Shown piece after piece: positions 22,108 through 34,916 of a DNA stretch of 64,000 nucleotides (position 1 is the first letter of the stretch; each line of letters begins with the position of its first letter). The stretch is from Macrostomum lignano (Eukaryota). The position numbers and the translations under genes are program-made. The stretch spans positions 1-64,000 of the forward strand of contig NIVC01002452.1 of assembly GCA_002269645.1 (NCBI GenBank). The letters are read 5' to 3'. Under the pieces are notes generated by a model. The model saw only the letters and a list, made by a program, of their open reading frames with translations, searched no databases and had not been told where the DNA came from.

Positions 22108-23786
22108 ATCCAAAATTAGAATCCTAAGAGAAGTACATTGAGTTTCTAACATAACTAATAGTAATGGCATAAAATAGTAAAGAACTTAGCCTAGATGAGA
22201 GAATGGAGAGAAATTCCTAAGCTAGCCTACTGACAGTAGGGGAAAAGCGCATCGAAGCAAAATGTGCGGTTCTAAGATTGAAAAAAGGTGCGTCCTCATC
22301 TGGTACATGTATTTCCTAAAGTAACGTGAGTTGCGTACTTAGCTAAGGAACACAATTTTTTCAAATGTCAAGTATACACATGTATGTTTTTGCATTTTTG
22401 GACCGCAAATTATATTTGACTTTATAATAAATTATATTAGATTTTATTCTAAATTGTAGTTACTTTTTGTTTAATCTACTGACTAAAATATTTTTGAATT
22501 CATAATTATCCTAGAAACTGATCTACATTCAGCAGTAAGACTGAAAAGCTTTCACGGAAGTTCAGAAAATAATACACTCGTCGCACATTCAAAACTCGAA
22601 ACATGGTGCGAATTCAGGACTCAAATATTTATTTTAAATCAAATTCAATATAACAGATTTCTTAGCATTACGAGTCTACTTTAGTTAGTGACTATTGACA
22701 TTAAGGTACCATTTACTGTATGTCTTGAATTGTGGCTTGTAAAAAAATTTGTAAAAGACATATTCATGAATGCAAGTTAGTATTTTTGTTTAAAAACGTT
22801 TTAGAAGAATATTCATAATACTTTGCTCCTGCATTGTGTAACGAACTGAATACCGTGGAGCCTGTTTTTGAATTCTCAGCCGAAAGTGCCAAATCAGACT
22901 TATCAGAGCAGCAATCTCATGAGTGAATCATTGACAATTTATTATTAATATTGTTCGTTAAAACAAAACTACATTATAAAACAATTACGCAACATTACAT
23001 AATTAAATACAGTAGAAAGTACAATAAAATAGAAATACTATAGAAATACTATAATACAAATATAGCAGAGATAAAGTAAATACAAAATTCTTTACTTTTA
23101 AATTAGATATGCAGATATATTACAATTGCAAAAGTTATTCTCTTTTAGATTCTATTCTAATCTAACATCTACTCTAGTCTAGTCTACTCATCAAGCATTT
23201 TGTAGTTTTAGAGCATTTTTGAAACCATTATATTGAAAAAAATTATGAAACTTACTTTTGGAGACTCTGCATTGAAATATATTCAGATTTATAATAACAA
23301 GTCTTAAACTATTCTTGAATAAGACAAAATTTATATATTTGGTTATTTTCAAGTATTTAGCTATTTTAAAATACTTTATAATTTATTTTAGAATAAAACA
23401 TAACTCATTAAAAGACTCATACATGAGAAGACTTCTTGATGATTACAATGTCTTTCTATCAGAGAAATAGACTTATTATAGTCTTTGACATTGAGTTATA
23501 ACAAATATTTATAGACTATCATATTGTTAGTTCTTTCTACCTTTCTATTCCTATGAAATCAAGGTATTCCCATGGGAATTCCTGTTTAGAAACTTTACCC
23601 TCCTTAAAAATTCTCATGTTAATAATGATAGGTTTTAGATATAGCTATGAATTTGGATATTGTAGAAACTGATAAAAAATTGAATTTAGCAAGAAAGTCA
23701 TTCTAAAGGCACAACACTGATCACACTGTAAGAACAGTATGCAAGTCTATAAATAATTAGATTCGAAATTCTACTTTCATATCGTG

Positions 23787-25565
23787 ATGCCTCTGATGTA
23801 TGACCGACCGAAAATGTCTCAGGCGATGTACCAATCGCTGAAGCGGCACATCGTCCGCCAGCGCAAGAGGGATGCCGACATGAAAATGCTTGACGCCACC
23901 AATCAGCGGCTGCGAGCAGAGCGGGAGGAACTCCGCAGGCAGACGCTGCAGTCGTTGAGAAAGACCAAAGATGAGGTTGGAAGCCTGCAAGCTTTTAATT
24001 TGTCATTCTAAGAGAATTTGGGAAGGTGAGCAACTGAATATCTGGGAGGCTGGCCCAGAAACTGAGGACTGGAAGGTGACCCAAAAAATGAGGATCTGGG
24101 AGGCTCTCCCAACAACAACTGGGGATCTTCCGGATCTAGGAGGCTGGCCTAGCAACTGAGTATCTGGGAGGCTGGCCCAACAACTGAGGATCTGAGAGGC
24201 TGGCCCAGCAACTGAGTATCTGGGAGGCTGGCCCAACAACTGAGTATCTGAGAGGCTGGCCCAGCAACTGAGGATCTGGAAGGCTGGCCCAGCAACTGAG
24301 GATCTGGGAGGGTGGCTTAGCAACTGAGGATCTGGGAGGCTGGCCCAGCAACTGACACTCTGGGAGGCTGGCCCAGCAATTGGGGATCTGGGAGGCTGGC
24401 CCAGCAACTGACACTCTATAGGCTGGCCCAGCAACTGACACTCTATAGGCTGGCCCAGCAACTGACAGTCTGGGAGGCTGACTCAGCAACTGACAGTCTG
24501 GGAGGCTGGCCCAGCAACTGACACTCTGGGAGGGTGGCCCAGCAACTGAGTATCTGGGAGGCTGGCCCAGCAACTGAGTATCTGGGAGGCTGGCCCAACA
24601 ACTGAGTATCTGAGAGGCTGGCCCAGCAACTGAGGATCTGGGAGGGTGGCTTAGCAACTGAGGATCTGGGAGGCTGGCCCAGCAACTGACACTCTGGGAG
24701 GCTGGCCCAGCAATTGGGGATCTGGGAGGCTGGCCCAGCAACTGACACTCTATAGGCTGGCCCAGCAACTGACAGTCTGGGAGGCTGACTCAGCAACTGA
24801 CAGTCTGGGAGGCTGGCCCAGCAACTGACACTCTGGGAGGGTGGCCCAGCAACTGAGTATCTGGGAGGCTGGCCCAGCAACTGAGTATCTGGGAGGCTGG
24901 CCCAGCAACTGAGTATCGGGGAGGCTAGCCCAGCAACTGAGTATCTGGGAGGCTGGCCCAGCAACGGAGGATTTGGGAGGGTGGCGGTAGCGTAGCCTGA
25001 GCATTCACCTCTGGCCCAACACCACCTGTCCTGTACCCGCTGAAAGGTGAAGCGACTCCAAGGCCGCCTCGAAAAACTGCGCGAAGAGAAGAGCAAGCTG
25101 TTCAGCCGCTTCAAGGAGGTCTTTACCGAGGAGTCAGTCCAGAAGGAGCGCCAGAAGGAGGTGCAGAGCCACTTGCCACACCTGCAGCAGCAATTCCAGC
25201 AGCAGCAGCAGCAGACAAGCCTTTACCTGCAAGATATGCGGCATAGCCAGCCTCCGCCAGCTTCATCTTCGACCAGGTTGGGTAAGCGGGCAGCCCGCAG
25301 TCCGAGCCCCGTGTCAGGCGTTCGTCAGGCGAAAGCCGCCGCGAATACAGCCGTGTTCTCTCAGCAGCATTCTTCGGCATTAAAATCGGCCACTACCGGA
25401 CATATGCAGCATCCGCTGTCGGCCTCCTATAGGGGCTCCATCACTACTGGACAGTCGGCTCAGCAGATGCAGTTTCAGATGCAGCAGCAGCCGCAGCAGC
25501 GCCATTTCGGAGCACCGGTTTACCCCCCAGGCTACGGCGGTGACGGTTTCAAGCATCCCTTTTGA
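23787..25565 (+). CDS. GPS2: G protein pathway suppressor 2; exons 23787-23975, 25047-25565 (235 aa)
   Basis: MPLMYDRPKMSQAMYQSLKRHI...TKDE|VKRLQGRLEKLREEKSKLF matches the GPS2 N-terminal coiled coil; phase-0 GT-AG intron; Q/S/P-rich tail. Confidence 0.8.
24031..24990. repeat. 28-bp minisatellite family array in GPS2 intron
   Basis: (aactgag[g/t]atctgggaggctggcccagc)n with duplicated multi-unit blocks. Confidence 0.9.
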
Positions 25566-25725
25566 CGATTAAAATGAGGCTTCAAGCTAATAAGTAGCTG
25601 TTGAGAACTTTTTTGATTTTTGATTAGAATTCATTGAAATCCTGAGCATGTCCGGGCGATATGTAGCGAAATCGAATAAAATCTAATAAGTGAAATAATT
25701 AGTATATTAGAGTAATTGGATAACA

Positions 25726-26022
25726 GGGGGTTATAGCCCAGTGATTAGAGCGTCGGAATTATGATTGAAAGGTCGGGGGTTCGATTCCCGACCCATTCGG
25801 AACAATTTGTGTCCTTGAGCAAGACACTTCACTCTGCATTGCTTCAGTTCACCCAACTGTAAAATGGGTGCCAGCATTAGCTGGGGTAATTGAGGCTGTG
25901 TGTGGCGATCCCCCAGTCCTTGGACTGAACAGCCGTACGCAGCCTTAGATGCGCCGCGCAATGGCTGCGGCTGAGCTGTCGGTTGCACATCTGGCCCAAT
26001 TGGGGCAGGTGTAATCAATTAT
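25726..26022 (+). mobile_element. tRNA-derived CORE-SINE, near full length
   Basis: A box (tagcccagtgattagag), B box (ggttcgattcc), MIR-like CORE ccttgagcaagacactt...ctgtaaaatggg, tail shared with two other copies. Confidence 0.8.
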
Positions 26023-27215
26023 CATTGGTTTACAATTCTACGAGCGTATTTATGAAAAATATTTAAATCAGGGGGTTTAGGGTGGACAATTAAGAGGGGT
26101 GCAGTGCGCGACTGAGGAAACAGGCGAAATGACAGGGCGCCCATCAATACACCAAATATTGTCGCCCTTTGGACGGCCTCCTCCGATCGAACTGCATGCC
26201 CCACTGGATCTATAAAAAGTAAAGACAGGCTTTGCTATTTATAGATTTAAAAAGTAATGGCATGCATGATTTCGATTTGAAAGCATGACTTTTACGAGCG
26301 TTTACGTAATTCTGTAATTATTGACTGACTATATATTTTACATTTGTGCTAGTTCACCGCTCGTGAATTTCTAAGAAAGAATTCATTGTTTATGTGCTAT
26401 TACAGATTTCCTATAAGTGCTATATTCAAGTGGTCACTATCTCCGACGTCTTCCTAGACAAAAATTATTCCTTAAGAAGGTGCTATTTATTATCTTAGAT
26501 AATGCCCGATTTATGAGTTGGAACTAATAAAGAACTATTATTTTTGAAAGTACAGTATTCAACACATTTTCATTGTTTCTTATTGTCAACGCATTTCCCT
26601 ATATTTCTACTATCAGTAGAGCATCAAATAAAAGTTTTTATAATTAATATCATACGCGTAATATCCTGGTATAGGTATAGTATCGACATTTGTATCTATT
26701 AATCTATCAATGCGGTTATTCATAGCTGAACATACTATAAATACAAGGATACTGTAGCGTTTCATTGTTTGTTAATCTTTTCAGCCACTAAATGCCCGAT
26801 CTAGTATCACAATTTACATACAATGATTATGAGAATTCGTTCATTTGTAGACTTTTTGTAGACATTTTAAATATTAAAAACCTTTTTTCTACTCTCTAAA
26901 TGTATAGTAGCTAGACAAAACTGCCAGTTTTTTATTCATGAACATATATTCCTGATCAGCGTGCTTATTATTGTTATTACCTTATTCTATCAGATAGCTA
27001 CTATATGTAGCTAAGTTTTGGTTGAACCTACAAAATCGAATTAATAGCTGTTTGCTTTAAAATATAATTTTTTTTAACGTATATTCACTAAAGTTGTGCG
27101 GTGCCCAATTACTGTTTTAATTAAACAGTGAGACATCAATCACCTGCAGGCCGCCTCTGGTTCATTCTTTTCATCTGCAATAGCTCGTACCGCTTAACTG
27201 AATGCAGACACAGGT

Positions 27216-27912
27216 GCCCAGACACTGGGGATCTGGGAGCCTGGCCCAGCTACTGGGGATCTGGGAGCCTGGCCCAGCTACTGGGGATCTGGGAGGCTGG
27301 CCCAGCTACTGGGGATCTGGGAGCCTGGCCCAGCTACTGGGGATCTGGGAGGCTGGCCCAGCTACTGGGGATCTGGGAGGCTGGCCCAGCTACTGGGGAT
27401 CTGGGAGGCTTGCCCAGACACTGGGGATCTGGGAGCCTGGCTCAGCAACTGAGGATCTGGGAGGCTGGCCCAGCAACTAAGGATATGGGAGGCTGGCCCA
27501 GCAACTGACACTCTGGGAGGCTGGCCCAGCTACTGGGGATCTGGGAGGCTGGCCCAGCTACTGGGGATCTGGGAGGCTGGCCCAGACACTGGGGATCTGG
27601 GAGCCTGGCTCAGCAACTGAGGATCTGGGAGGCTGGCCCAGCAACTAAGGATCTGGGAGGCTGGCCCAGCAACTGACACTCTGGGAGGCTGGCCCAGCTA
27701 CTGGGGATCTGGGAGGCTGGCCCAGCTACTGGGGATCTGGGAGGCTGGCCCAGACACTGGGGATCTGGGAGCCTGGCTCAGCAACTGAGGATCTGGGAGG
27801 CTGGCCCAGCAACTAAGGATCTGGGAGGCTGGCCCAGCAACTGACACTCTGGGAGGCTGGCCCAGCAACTAAGGATCTGGGAGGCTGGCTTCCAAGATCC
27901 GGGAGGGTGGCG
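27216..27912. repeat. 28-bp minisatellite family array, no host gene identified
   Basis: Same unit with about 6-unit higher-order repeats; ends gggagggtggcgg like the GPS2 array. Confidence 0.9.
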
Positions 27913-28419
27913 GCCATATATAGTTCACAAACATACAAGCCTCTTTGCACATCAAAATATACGTAATTTGGTCCTTAATTTTGCAAATTAGATCACCAAC
28001 AAAGGAAGCAGTCTTGGAGAAATTTGTACTTTTAAGTACTATCTATGATGACGGGTTTAGGGGCGTAAATAGGAATTATAATTCCGAATGTACTTATATT
28101 TCACCGCGGCAAAAGTAGCGATGCATTACATACCATTTTTTGAGAAACTTTGAATTTTGATGACTAAGTTTATTTGGTAATAAGATAAATTCAGCTGTTA
28201 ATTGCACCATGATATTAAAGTAGAAATGCAATTTTACTAAGCTAATAAAATGCTGTCCAAAGTATGCAAGATGAAAACAGTTAAGTATGTAGCCTAACAT
28301 ACATTTAGATCTTTGTTAAGGATTAAGGAAATCAAATTGGAGGGTCTGAAGAAACAGTTAAAAGAACTGGATTATGGAATGGATATTTTTCTTTCACATT
28401 GTTTACAATGTGATGAGGG

Positions 28420-29340
28420 GATCTGGATTCCTATTGATCATGATGGGATTATGGAATCTGGATTTCTATTGATCATAGTGGGATTAGGGGATCTGGATTC
28501 CCATTGATCATAATAGGATTAGGGGATCTAGATTCACATTGATCATAATAGGATTGGGGGACCTGGATTCCCATTGATCATAATAGGATTAGGGGATCTG
28601 GATTCCTATTGATTATGATGGGATTAGGGGATCTGGATTTCTATTGATCATTAGTGGGATTAGGGGATCTGGATTCCTTTAATTATGATCGGATTAGGGG
28701 ATCTGGATTCCTTTAATTATGATCGGATTAGGGGATCTGGATTCCATTAATTATGATCGGATTAGGGGATCTGGATTCCTTTAATTATGATCGGATTAGG
28801 CTATCTGGATTCCTTTAATTATGATCGGATTAGGGGATCTGGATTCCTTTAATTATGATCGAATTAGAGGATCTCGATTCCTTTAATTATGATCGGATTA
28901 GGGGATCTGGATTCCTTTAATTATGATCGGATTAGAGGATCTGGATTCCTTTAATTATGATCGGATTAGGGGATCTGGATTCCATTAATTATGATCGGAT
29001 TAGGGGATCTGGATTCCTTTAATTATGATCGGATTAGGGGTTCTGGATTCCTTTAATTATGATCGGATTAGGGGATCTGGATTCCATTAATTATGATCGG
29101 ATTAGGGGATCTGGATTCCTTTAATTATGATCGGATTAGGGGATCTGGATTCCTTTAATTATGATCGGATTAGGGGATCTGGATTCCATTAATTATGATC
29201 GGATTAGGGGATCTGGATTCCTTTAATTATGATCGGATTAGGCTATCTGGATTCCTTTAATTATGATCGGATTAGGGGATCTGGATTCCTTTAATTATGA
29301 TCGAATTAGAGGATCTCGATTCCTTTAATTATGATCGGAC
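28420..29340. repeat. 34-bp satellite (gattaggggatctggattcctttaattatgatcg), block 1
   Basis: More than 20 tandem units, degenerate at the left end. Confidence 0.9.
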
Positions 29341-29649
29341 AAGCTGTTGAAACCCGCGGATTTTGAACCCGGGGAATTCCAATCCCCGGAACTACTTTTG
29401 CATGTATTCTGAAATCTAAGGCCATACCCCATACACAAACAAATTAATAGTTAGTAGGATAGAGGTAGACATAAAATGGAGCACATTTGTGTAAAATTAG
29501 GTTTTGAGGCAAACGTTGATATTGTTTGCTGGAATGCTAGGGTACTCCACAGAATGCCAGGCAATGTCTGTCTGACTCTAAAACATGTATTGGCAAAATC
29601 TGGCCTCTCCCTGACTCTCCCTATGTCTCTTGGATCCTTTAAAATTTCT

Positions 29650-30195
29650 ATCGTCTCTTCTGTTTCCTTTCTTCTCTCTCATCCCTCGTCTCTCGTCTCT
29701 CCTCTCTCTTCTCTCCTCTCTTCTTTCGTATCTTCCCTCATCTCTCTTCTCTTTCATCTCTTATCTCATCTCTTCCCTATTCTTTTCTCTCTCCTCTCCT
29801 CTCTCCTTTCTACTTTTCGTTTTCTCTCTGCTCTCCTCTCTCCTCTCTACTCTTTCGTTTTCTCTCACCTCTCCTCTCTCTTCTCTCCCCCTCTTCTCTC
29901 GTCTCTTCCTTCTCCTCTCTATTCTTTTCTCTCTTCTCTTAACTCTCTCCTCTACTCTCTCATCTCTCCTCTCTACTCTTTCCTCTCTCTCTCCTCTCTC
30001 CCCTCTTCTCTCGTCTCTTCCCTCACCTCTTTCCTCTCTCTCTTTCCTCTCAGCTCTTTTCTTGTTTTATCTCTTCTCTCTCCCCTCGTCGCTCGTCTCT
30101 TCCCTCACCTCTCTTCTCTCTCGTCCGCTCTTTCATCTCTCCTTTCTCTTCTTTTATATTTTCTCTCTTATCTCTTCTCGTTTCTCTCTGCTCTG

Positions 30196-30258
<63 letters not shown>

Positions 30259-31085
30259 CCCATCTCTCTTCTCCTCTCTACTCTCTCCCCTCTTCATTCT
30301 CCTGTTTCCTCTTCTCTCTACCTGTCTCTCCTCTCTCCTCTAGTCTCTGTAATCTCTTCTCTCTTATCTCTCCTCTGGTCTCTCCACTCTCCCGGCCATC
30401 TCTCGTCTGTTCATCTGCTCTCTCATCTGTCATCTTTACTCTCTTATACGTTCTCTCACTTATCTCCTCTGTACTCTTCTCTTCACCTCTTCTCACTCCT
30501 CTCTTTCCTTACTCCTCTTCTTTTCTTTTCCCTTTCTATACTCTCTCTCCTCTATTATCTTCTCTCGTCTCTCTGCACTCTCCTCTCACCTTTTTCATCT
30601 CTCATCTCTTCTTTGATCTGTCTCATCTCTACAATCTCATCTCTTTCCTCTCTCCTCCTCTTCCCTTTCCTCTCTCATCTCTCCTTTCTCCCCTCTTCTT
30701 ACACCCCTCTCTTATCTCTATCTCTTCTCTTCTCACCCTTCTCTCCCCCTCTTATCTCCTCTCTTTTCTATCCTTTCTACTCTCTCCTCTCTAATCTCTC
30801 ATCTCCTCTTGACCCTCTGTCATCTTCTTTCTGCTCTCTCATCTCTCATCTCCTCTCATCTCTTCTCACTCTTCTCTACTCTCCTCTCATCGATCCTCTG
30901 TCTCATCTCTCCCCTCTTCTCGCCTTTACTCTTTCCTCTCCCTCCTTTCTCCCCTTCTCTCACTTCTTCCTCCCTTCTTCTCTGCTCTCTCCTCACCACT
31001 TGTCTCTCCTCTTATATTCCATGTTTTCTCATATCCCCCTCTCGCCTCTCCTCTCTTCTAATAGTCTATTCCTTCTCCTTTCCAC
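29650..31085. repeat. Long CT-rich polypyrimidine low-complexity tract
   Basis: Almost exclusively C/T on the + strand; possible degenerate MITE arms at both edges. Confidence 0.85.
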
Positions 31086-31624
31086 TCTCATCTGGCCCGC
31101 ACATAAGCTGGATTCTTTATCTGGCTTTTGAAGTAAAAGTCTGCCCATTCCTGCTTGGTAAGCCATGCAGTTTGTGGGACGTACTACTCTCATGGCTGTT
31201 CTCATGCTTTGATCACGTCATTTTTCTTGCCAATTTGCAGCCCTGAAAGGAATTTGTGTATTTTCAGCTCCACTGCAGTCTGCATCAGTCTAACAACCAA
31301 GGAAATAAGCATTTCTTAGGACATTTAAAATTTAAAGTACTTTTAAGAGAAACCTAAAATTTCCATGGTGTGACTAATTTAGTAGGGTTGTATTGCATTG
31401 CATCGCCTTTTCATAAATCTTTCGCTTTTACAAACCATGCTGGATAGTGGATTCCCTCGATTTGCCAATTGCCATCCTCTGTTAAACTGCTGCAGAGTTT
31501 GCCAATACAGAGGGGAGGGCCAGTGGTTAGAATTTCTCACTAAACTGTCATGGCTAAACGTAGCCTCTCCACTCTGGGGGTGCAGAGAAGGCTATTAAAA
31601 AGTTATTCCAAAACACTGTACATT

Positions 31625-32325
31625 TGCTATGTACATTCAGTCCTATCGCCTGACCCTTCGTCTGGCGTTGGGGGAATGAGTGAGTGAGTGGCACAAACAA
31701 CAGAAAAAGCAGACAAACTTTACATGTTTACAGTTTCTTTTTCGGTTGAGTTACAGAGTTGAAACTTTACATTTAGATATAGAATGGGTCAATCAAGAAT
31801 TGTGTCAAGTTTGAAGTCAATCGCTTTACGTGAAGCAAACTTATGGCAGCTGAAAGTTAGTCAATTTTGAAACCCTTTTACACATCTGGGCCCAGATCGG
31901 TATCGGGAAAGAGAGGCAGGCGGGCGGAGGTTGGGGTGGCTGCCTCGCTGAAAAAAACAGCCTAACTTTAAAAGTGCACAGCACCGCTCAGGATTAACTT
32001 TGATACTCGAAATTTTACATGATTGTGCCAAAATAGTTAAAGATTATCTGTGTCAAATTTGAAGAGAATCGGTAGAAGTGGAGCGGCGCTAAGGAGGCTT
32101 TAGTAAAAAAATCGCGCATTTTGAGCAGTTTTTTGCACTTTTAGGTAGGAAGACTCAAATTTAGGAAATTTAAAGGTAGCCTAAGACATTCTCCGTAGTG
32201 AGTTTAGGGTGGGTGTAAAATTTGGTGTCATTTGGTTGAGTGGTTTGGTAGTCCATAGCGATCAAAATTGTCCACACACAGACAGACACACACACACACA
32301 GAGTTTTGATTTTTATATTTAGAGA
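31625..32325. mobile_element. Putative non-autonomous interspersed element (Helitron/HINE-like or SINE-like)
   Basis: 5' small hairpin cgcctgac...gtctggcg; 3' (CA/GACA)n followed by ttttatatttagagat; family not established. Confidence 0.3.
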
Positions 32326-32905
32326 TTAGGGGATCTGGATTCCTTTAATTATGATCGGATTAGAGGATCTGGATTCCTTTAATTATGATCGGATTAGGGG
32401 ATCTGGATTCCATTAATTATGATCGGATTAGGGGATCTGGATTCCTTTAATTATGATCGGATTAGGGGATCTGGATTCCTTTAATTATGATCGGATTAGG
32501 CTATCTGGATTCCTTTAATTATGATCGGATTAGGGGATCTGGGTTCCTTTAATTATGATCGGATTAGGGGATCTGGATTCCATTAATTATGATCGGATTA
32601 GGGGATCTGGGTTCCTTTAATTATGATCGGATTAGGGGATCTGGATTCCTTTAATTATGATCGGATTAGGCTATCTGGATTCCTTTAATTATGATCGGAT
32701 TAGGGGATCTGGGTTCCTTTAATTATGATCGGATTAGGGGATCTGGATTCCATTAATTATGATCGGATTAGGGGATCTGGATTGCTTTAATTATGATCGG
32801 ATTAGGGGATCTGGATTCCTTTAATTATGATCGGATTAGAGGATCTCGATTCCTTTAATTATGATCGGATTAGGGGATCTGGATTTCTTTAATTATGATC
32901 GAATT
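32325..32905. repeat. 34-bp satellite, block 2
   Basis: Same unit and orientation as 28420-29340. Confidence 0.9.
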
Positions 32906-32936
32906 AGACCTTCCCCAAATCAAACCTCCCCAAAGC

Positions 32937-34916
32937 CTAAAAGTCAGCCTTAGTATAAGCAACTAAACAGAACTCGCACAGGTCGGCAAGCCTGTTGGCG
33001 GCCTCCTCGCTCAGCAGGCAGCGAAATCGCGGATTGGCCAGCCGGTCTCGGGTCGGCGCCGCGGCAGTCAGGAAGCCCAGGCGGACCAGATCGACCAGGC
33101 AGGGCAGGGCGGCGGTGGCGTCGAAGACCTGCGACTCTCGCGAGATCACCCGACAGATGTTCAGCAGGCGTTCCAGCGGCACCGGTCGGACGGCCAGGGC
33201 CTCCATAGCGGCGGCGGCGGCTACTGCAGCCGGCTTTTTCTGCTTCTTCCGAGGCTTCTGCCTTCGACCGGAGTTGAAGGCGAACATTCGGCGATCGTGA
33301 GAGGGCGGCACGCGGGTGCACAGGAAGGCGGCCAGAAGGAGGAAGCGGCTGAGCAGCGGCAGGTCGGCAAACTGCTGCTGCTGCTGCTTCACGCCCCCGA
33401 CGCCAGTCAGCGCAGCCGATGCGACTGGAGACGTCAGCGGAGTCAGCAGGCCGCGCAGATGGGAGCACAGGATCGCTTTGATCTTGCCGCCACCGCTACT
33501 AGCGGAGCAGGCGGACCGGCAGGAGGCGACGGCCTCAGCGATGAGTGCGGGCTGCCGCGTCATCGGGAAAGCGATGTCGACGGCCATCTGGACGATGGGG
33601 TCGCGGTCGCCGCCAGGTAGGCCAGCTGACACAATGTCCACCAGCTGCGGCTTGGTGTAGGCCGGCAGGTGGAGGCTGCGGGGGCAGATGCGGTTTGGGA
33701 TTTGGGATAGCTGGCTCACCGACTGACGATCTGAGATGCTGGCCCAGCAACTGAGGATCTGGGAGGCTGGCCCAGCAACTGAAGATCTGGGAAACTCGCC
33801 CCCAGCAACTGAGGATCTGGGAAACTCGCCCCTAGCAGCAACTGAGGATCAGGGAAACTCGCCCCCAGCAACTGAGGATCAGGGAAACTCGCCCCCAGCA
33901 ACTGAGGATCTGGGAAACTCGCCCCCAGCAACTGAGGATCTGGGAAACTCGCCCCTAGCAGCAACTGAGGATCTGGGAAACTCGCCCCCAGCAACTGAGG
34001 ATCTGGGAAACTCGCCCCCAGCAACTGAGGATCTGGGAAACTCGCCCCTAGCAGCAACTGAGTATCTGGGAAACTCGCCCCTAGCAGCAACTGAGTATCT
34101 GGGAAACTCGCCCCTAGCAGCAACTGAGGATCTGGGAAACTCGCCCCTAGCAGCAACTGAGGATCTGGGAAACTCGCCCCTAGCAGCAACTGAGTATCTG
34201 GGAAACTCGCCCCTAGCAGCAACTGAGTATCTGGGAAACTCGCCCCTAGCAGCAACTGAGTATCTGGGAAACTCGCCCCTAGCAGCAACTGAGTATCTGG
34301 GAAACTCGCCTCTAGCAGCAACTGAGGATCTGGGAAACTCGCCCCCAGCAACTGAGGATCTGGGAAACTCGCCCCCAGCAACTGAGGATCTGGGAAACTC
34401 GCCCCCAGCAACTAAACACAAGCAAACAAACCAATAGGCAGAGGCGGCGGCCGCGGCGGCGCAGCCCCTGGCGTAGCTGGTCCAGGGCAGGCGGCCAACC
34501 AGCAGCAGGCGAGCGCCAGTCAGCTGCCGGATTCTCATCAGGGCGGCCAGTATTTTGCCATCGGCGGACTCGGCCAGACGCTCGGCGTCGTCCAGAGCGA
34601 GCCAGTCTCCGGGCCGGAGGCAGCAGCCGAGAGCGCTGGCCCAGTCGTCTGCGGGATCAGGCCTCCTGGAGCAGCCATCCCCGCTGGAAGCCAGGTGAAT
34701 GATGAAGTCTACCAGCTTCCTGACGCTGCCAGCCGACTCGGTGCAGGTGAGCCGCAGGTGAGGCAGGCCGGATAGCGCAGCCTCGGCCAGAAGGGTCTTG
34801 CCGCAGCCCGGCGGGCCCCACAGGTGTACAAAGGACACCGTGGACTCGGGAGGCTGTTCCAGCAATTGGCGAAGCTGAGCGAACTCCACTTCGCGACCAA
34901 CAATGCGAGTTTTTGC
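32937..34916 (-). CDS. ORC5: Origin recognition complex subunit 5; exons 34916-34432, 33675-32937; no genomic ATG
   Basis: IVGRE, Walker A GPPGCGKT, LALDDAERL, LHLPAYT, LPLLSRFLLLAAFLCTRVPPSHDRRMF, PVPLERLL, LVDLVRLGFL, PRFRC; phase-2 GT-AG intron; 1224 nt in frame. Confidence 0.85.
33725..34413. repeat. 28-bp family array diverged to 30/33-bp units in ORC5 intron
   Basis: First units canonical (ctgggaggctggcccagc), remainder ctgggaaactcgccc[c/ctag]cagc. Confidence 0.9.

Noticed and set aside
24031-24990. 28-bp arrays as CRISPR or as repetitive proteins (LLGQPP/SVAGPASQ ORFs)
   Set aside because: No unique spacers; arrays lie between phase-compatible GT-AG sites; ORFs are by-products of the repeat
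25726-25800. tRNA gene
   Set aside because: A/B boxes continue into the SINE CORE and are repeated elsewhere; no full cloverleaf
27128-27215. Possible small exon beside the orphan 28-bp array
   Set aside because: Splice-like sites on both strands but no partner exon or recognisable peptide
29476-31246. 551-aa Leu/Ser-rich ORF
   Set aside because: CT low-complexity sequence lacks stop codons by composition
33716-34437. Long ORFs across the ORC5 intron array (30/33-bp units keep frame)
   Set aside because: Excising the intron restores ORC5 colinearity (AYC-LHLPAY); open frames are incidental
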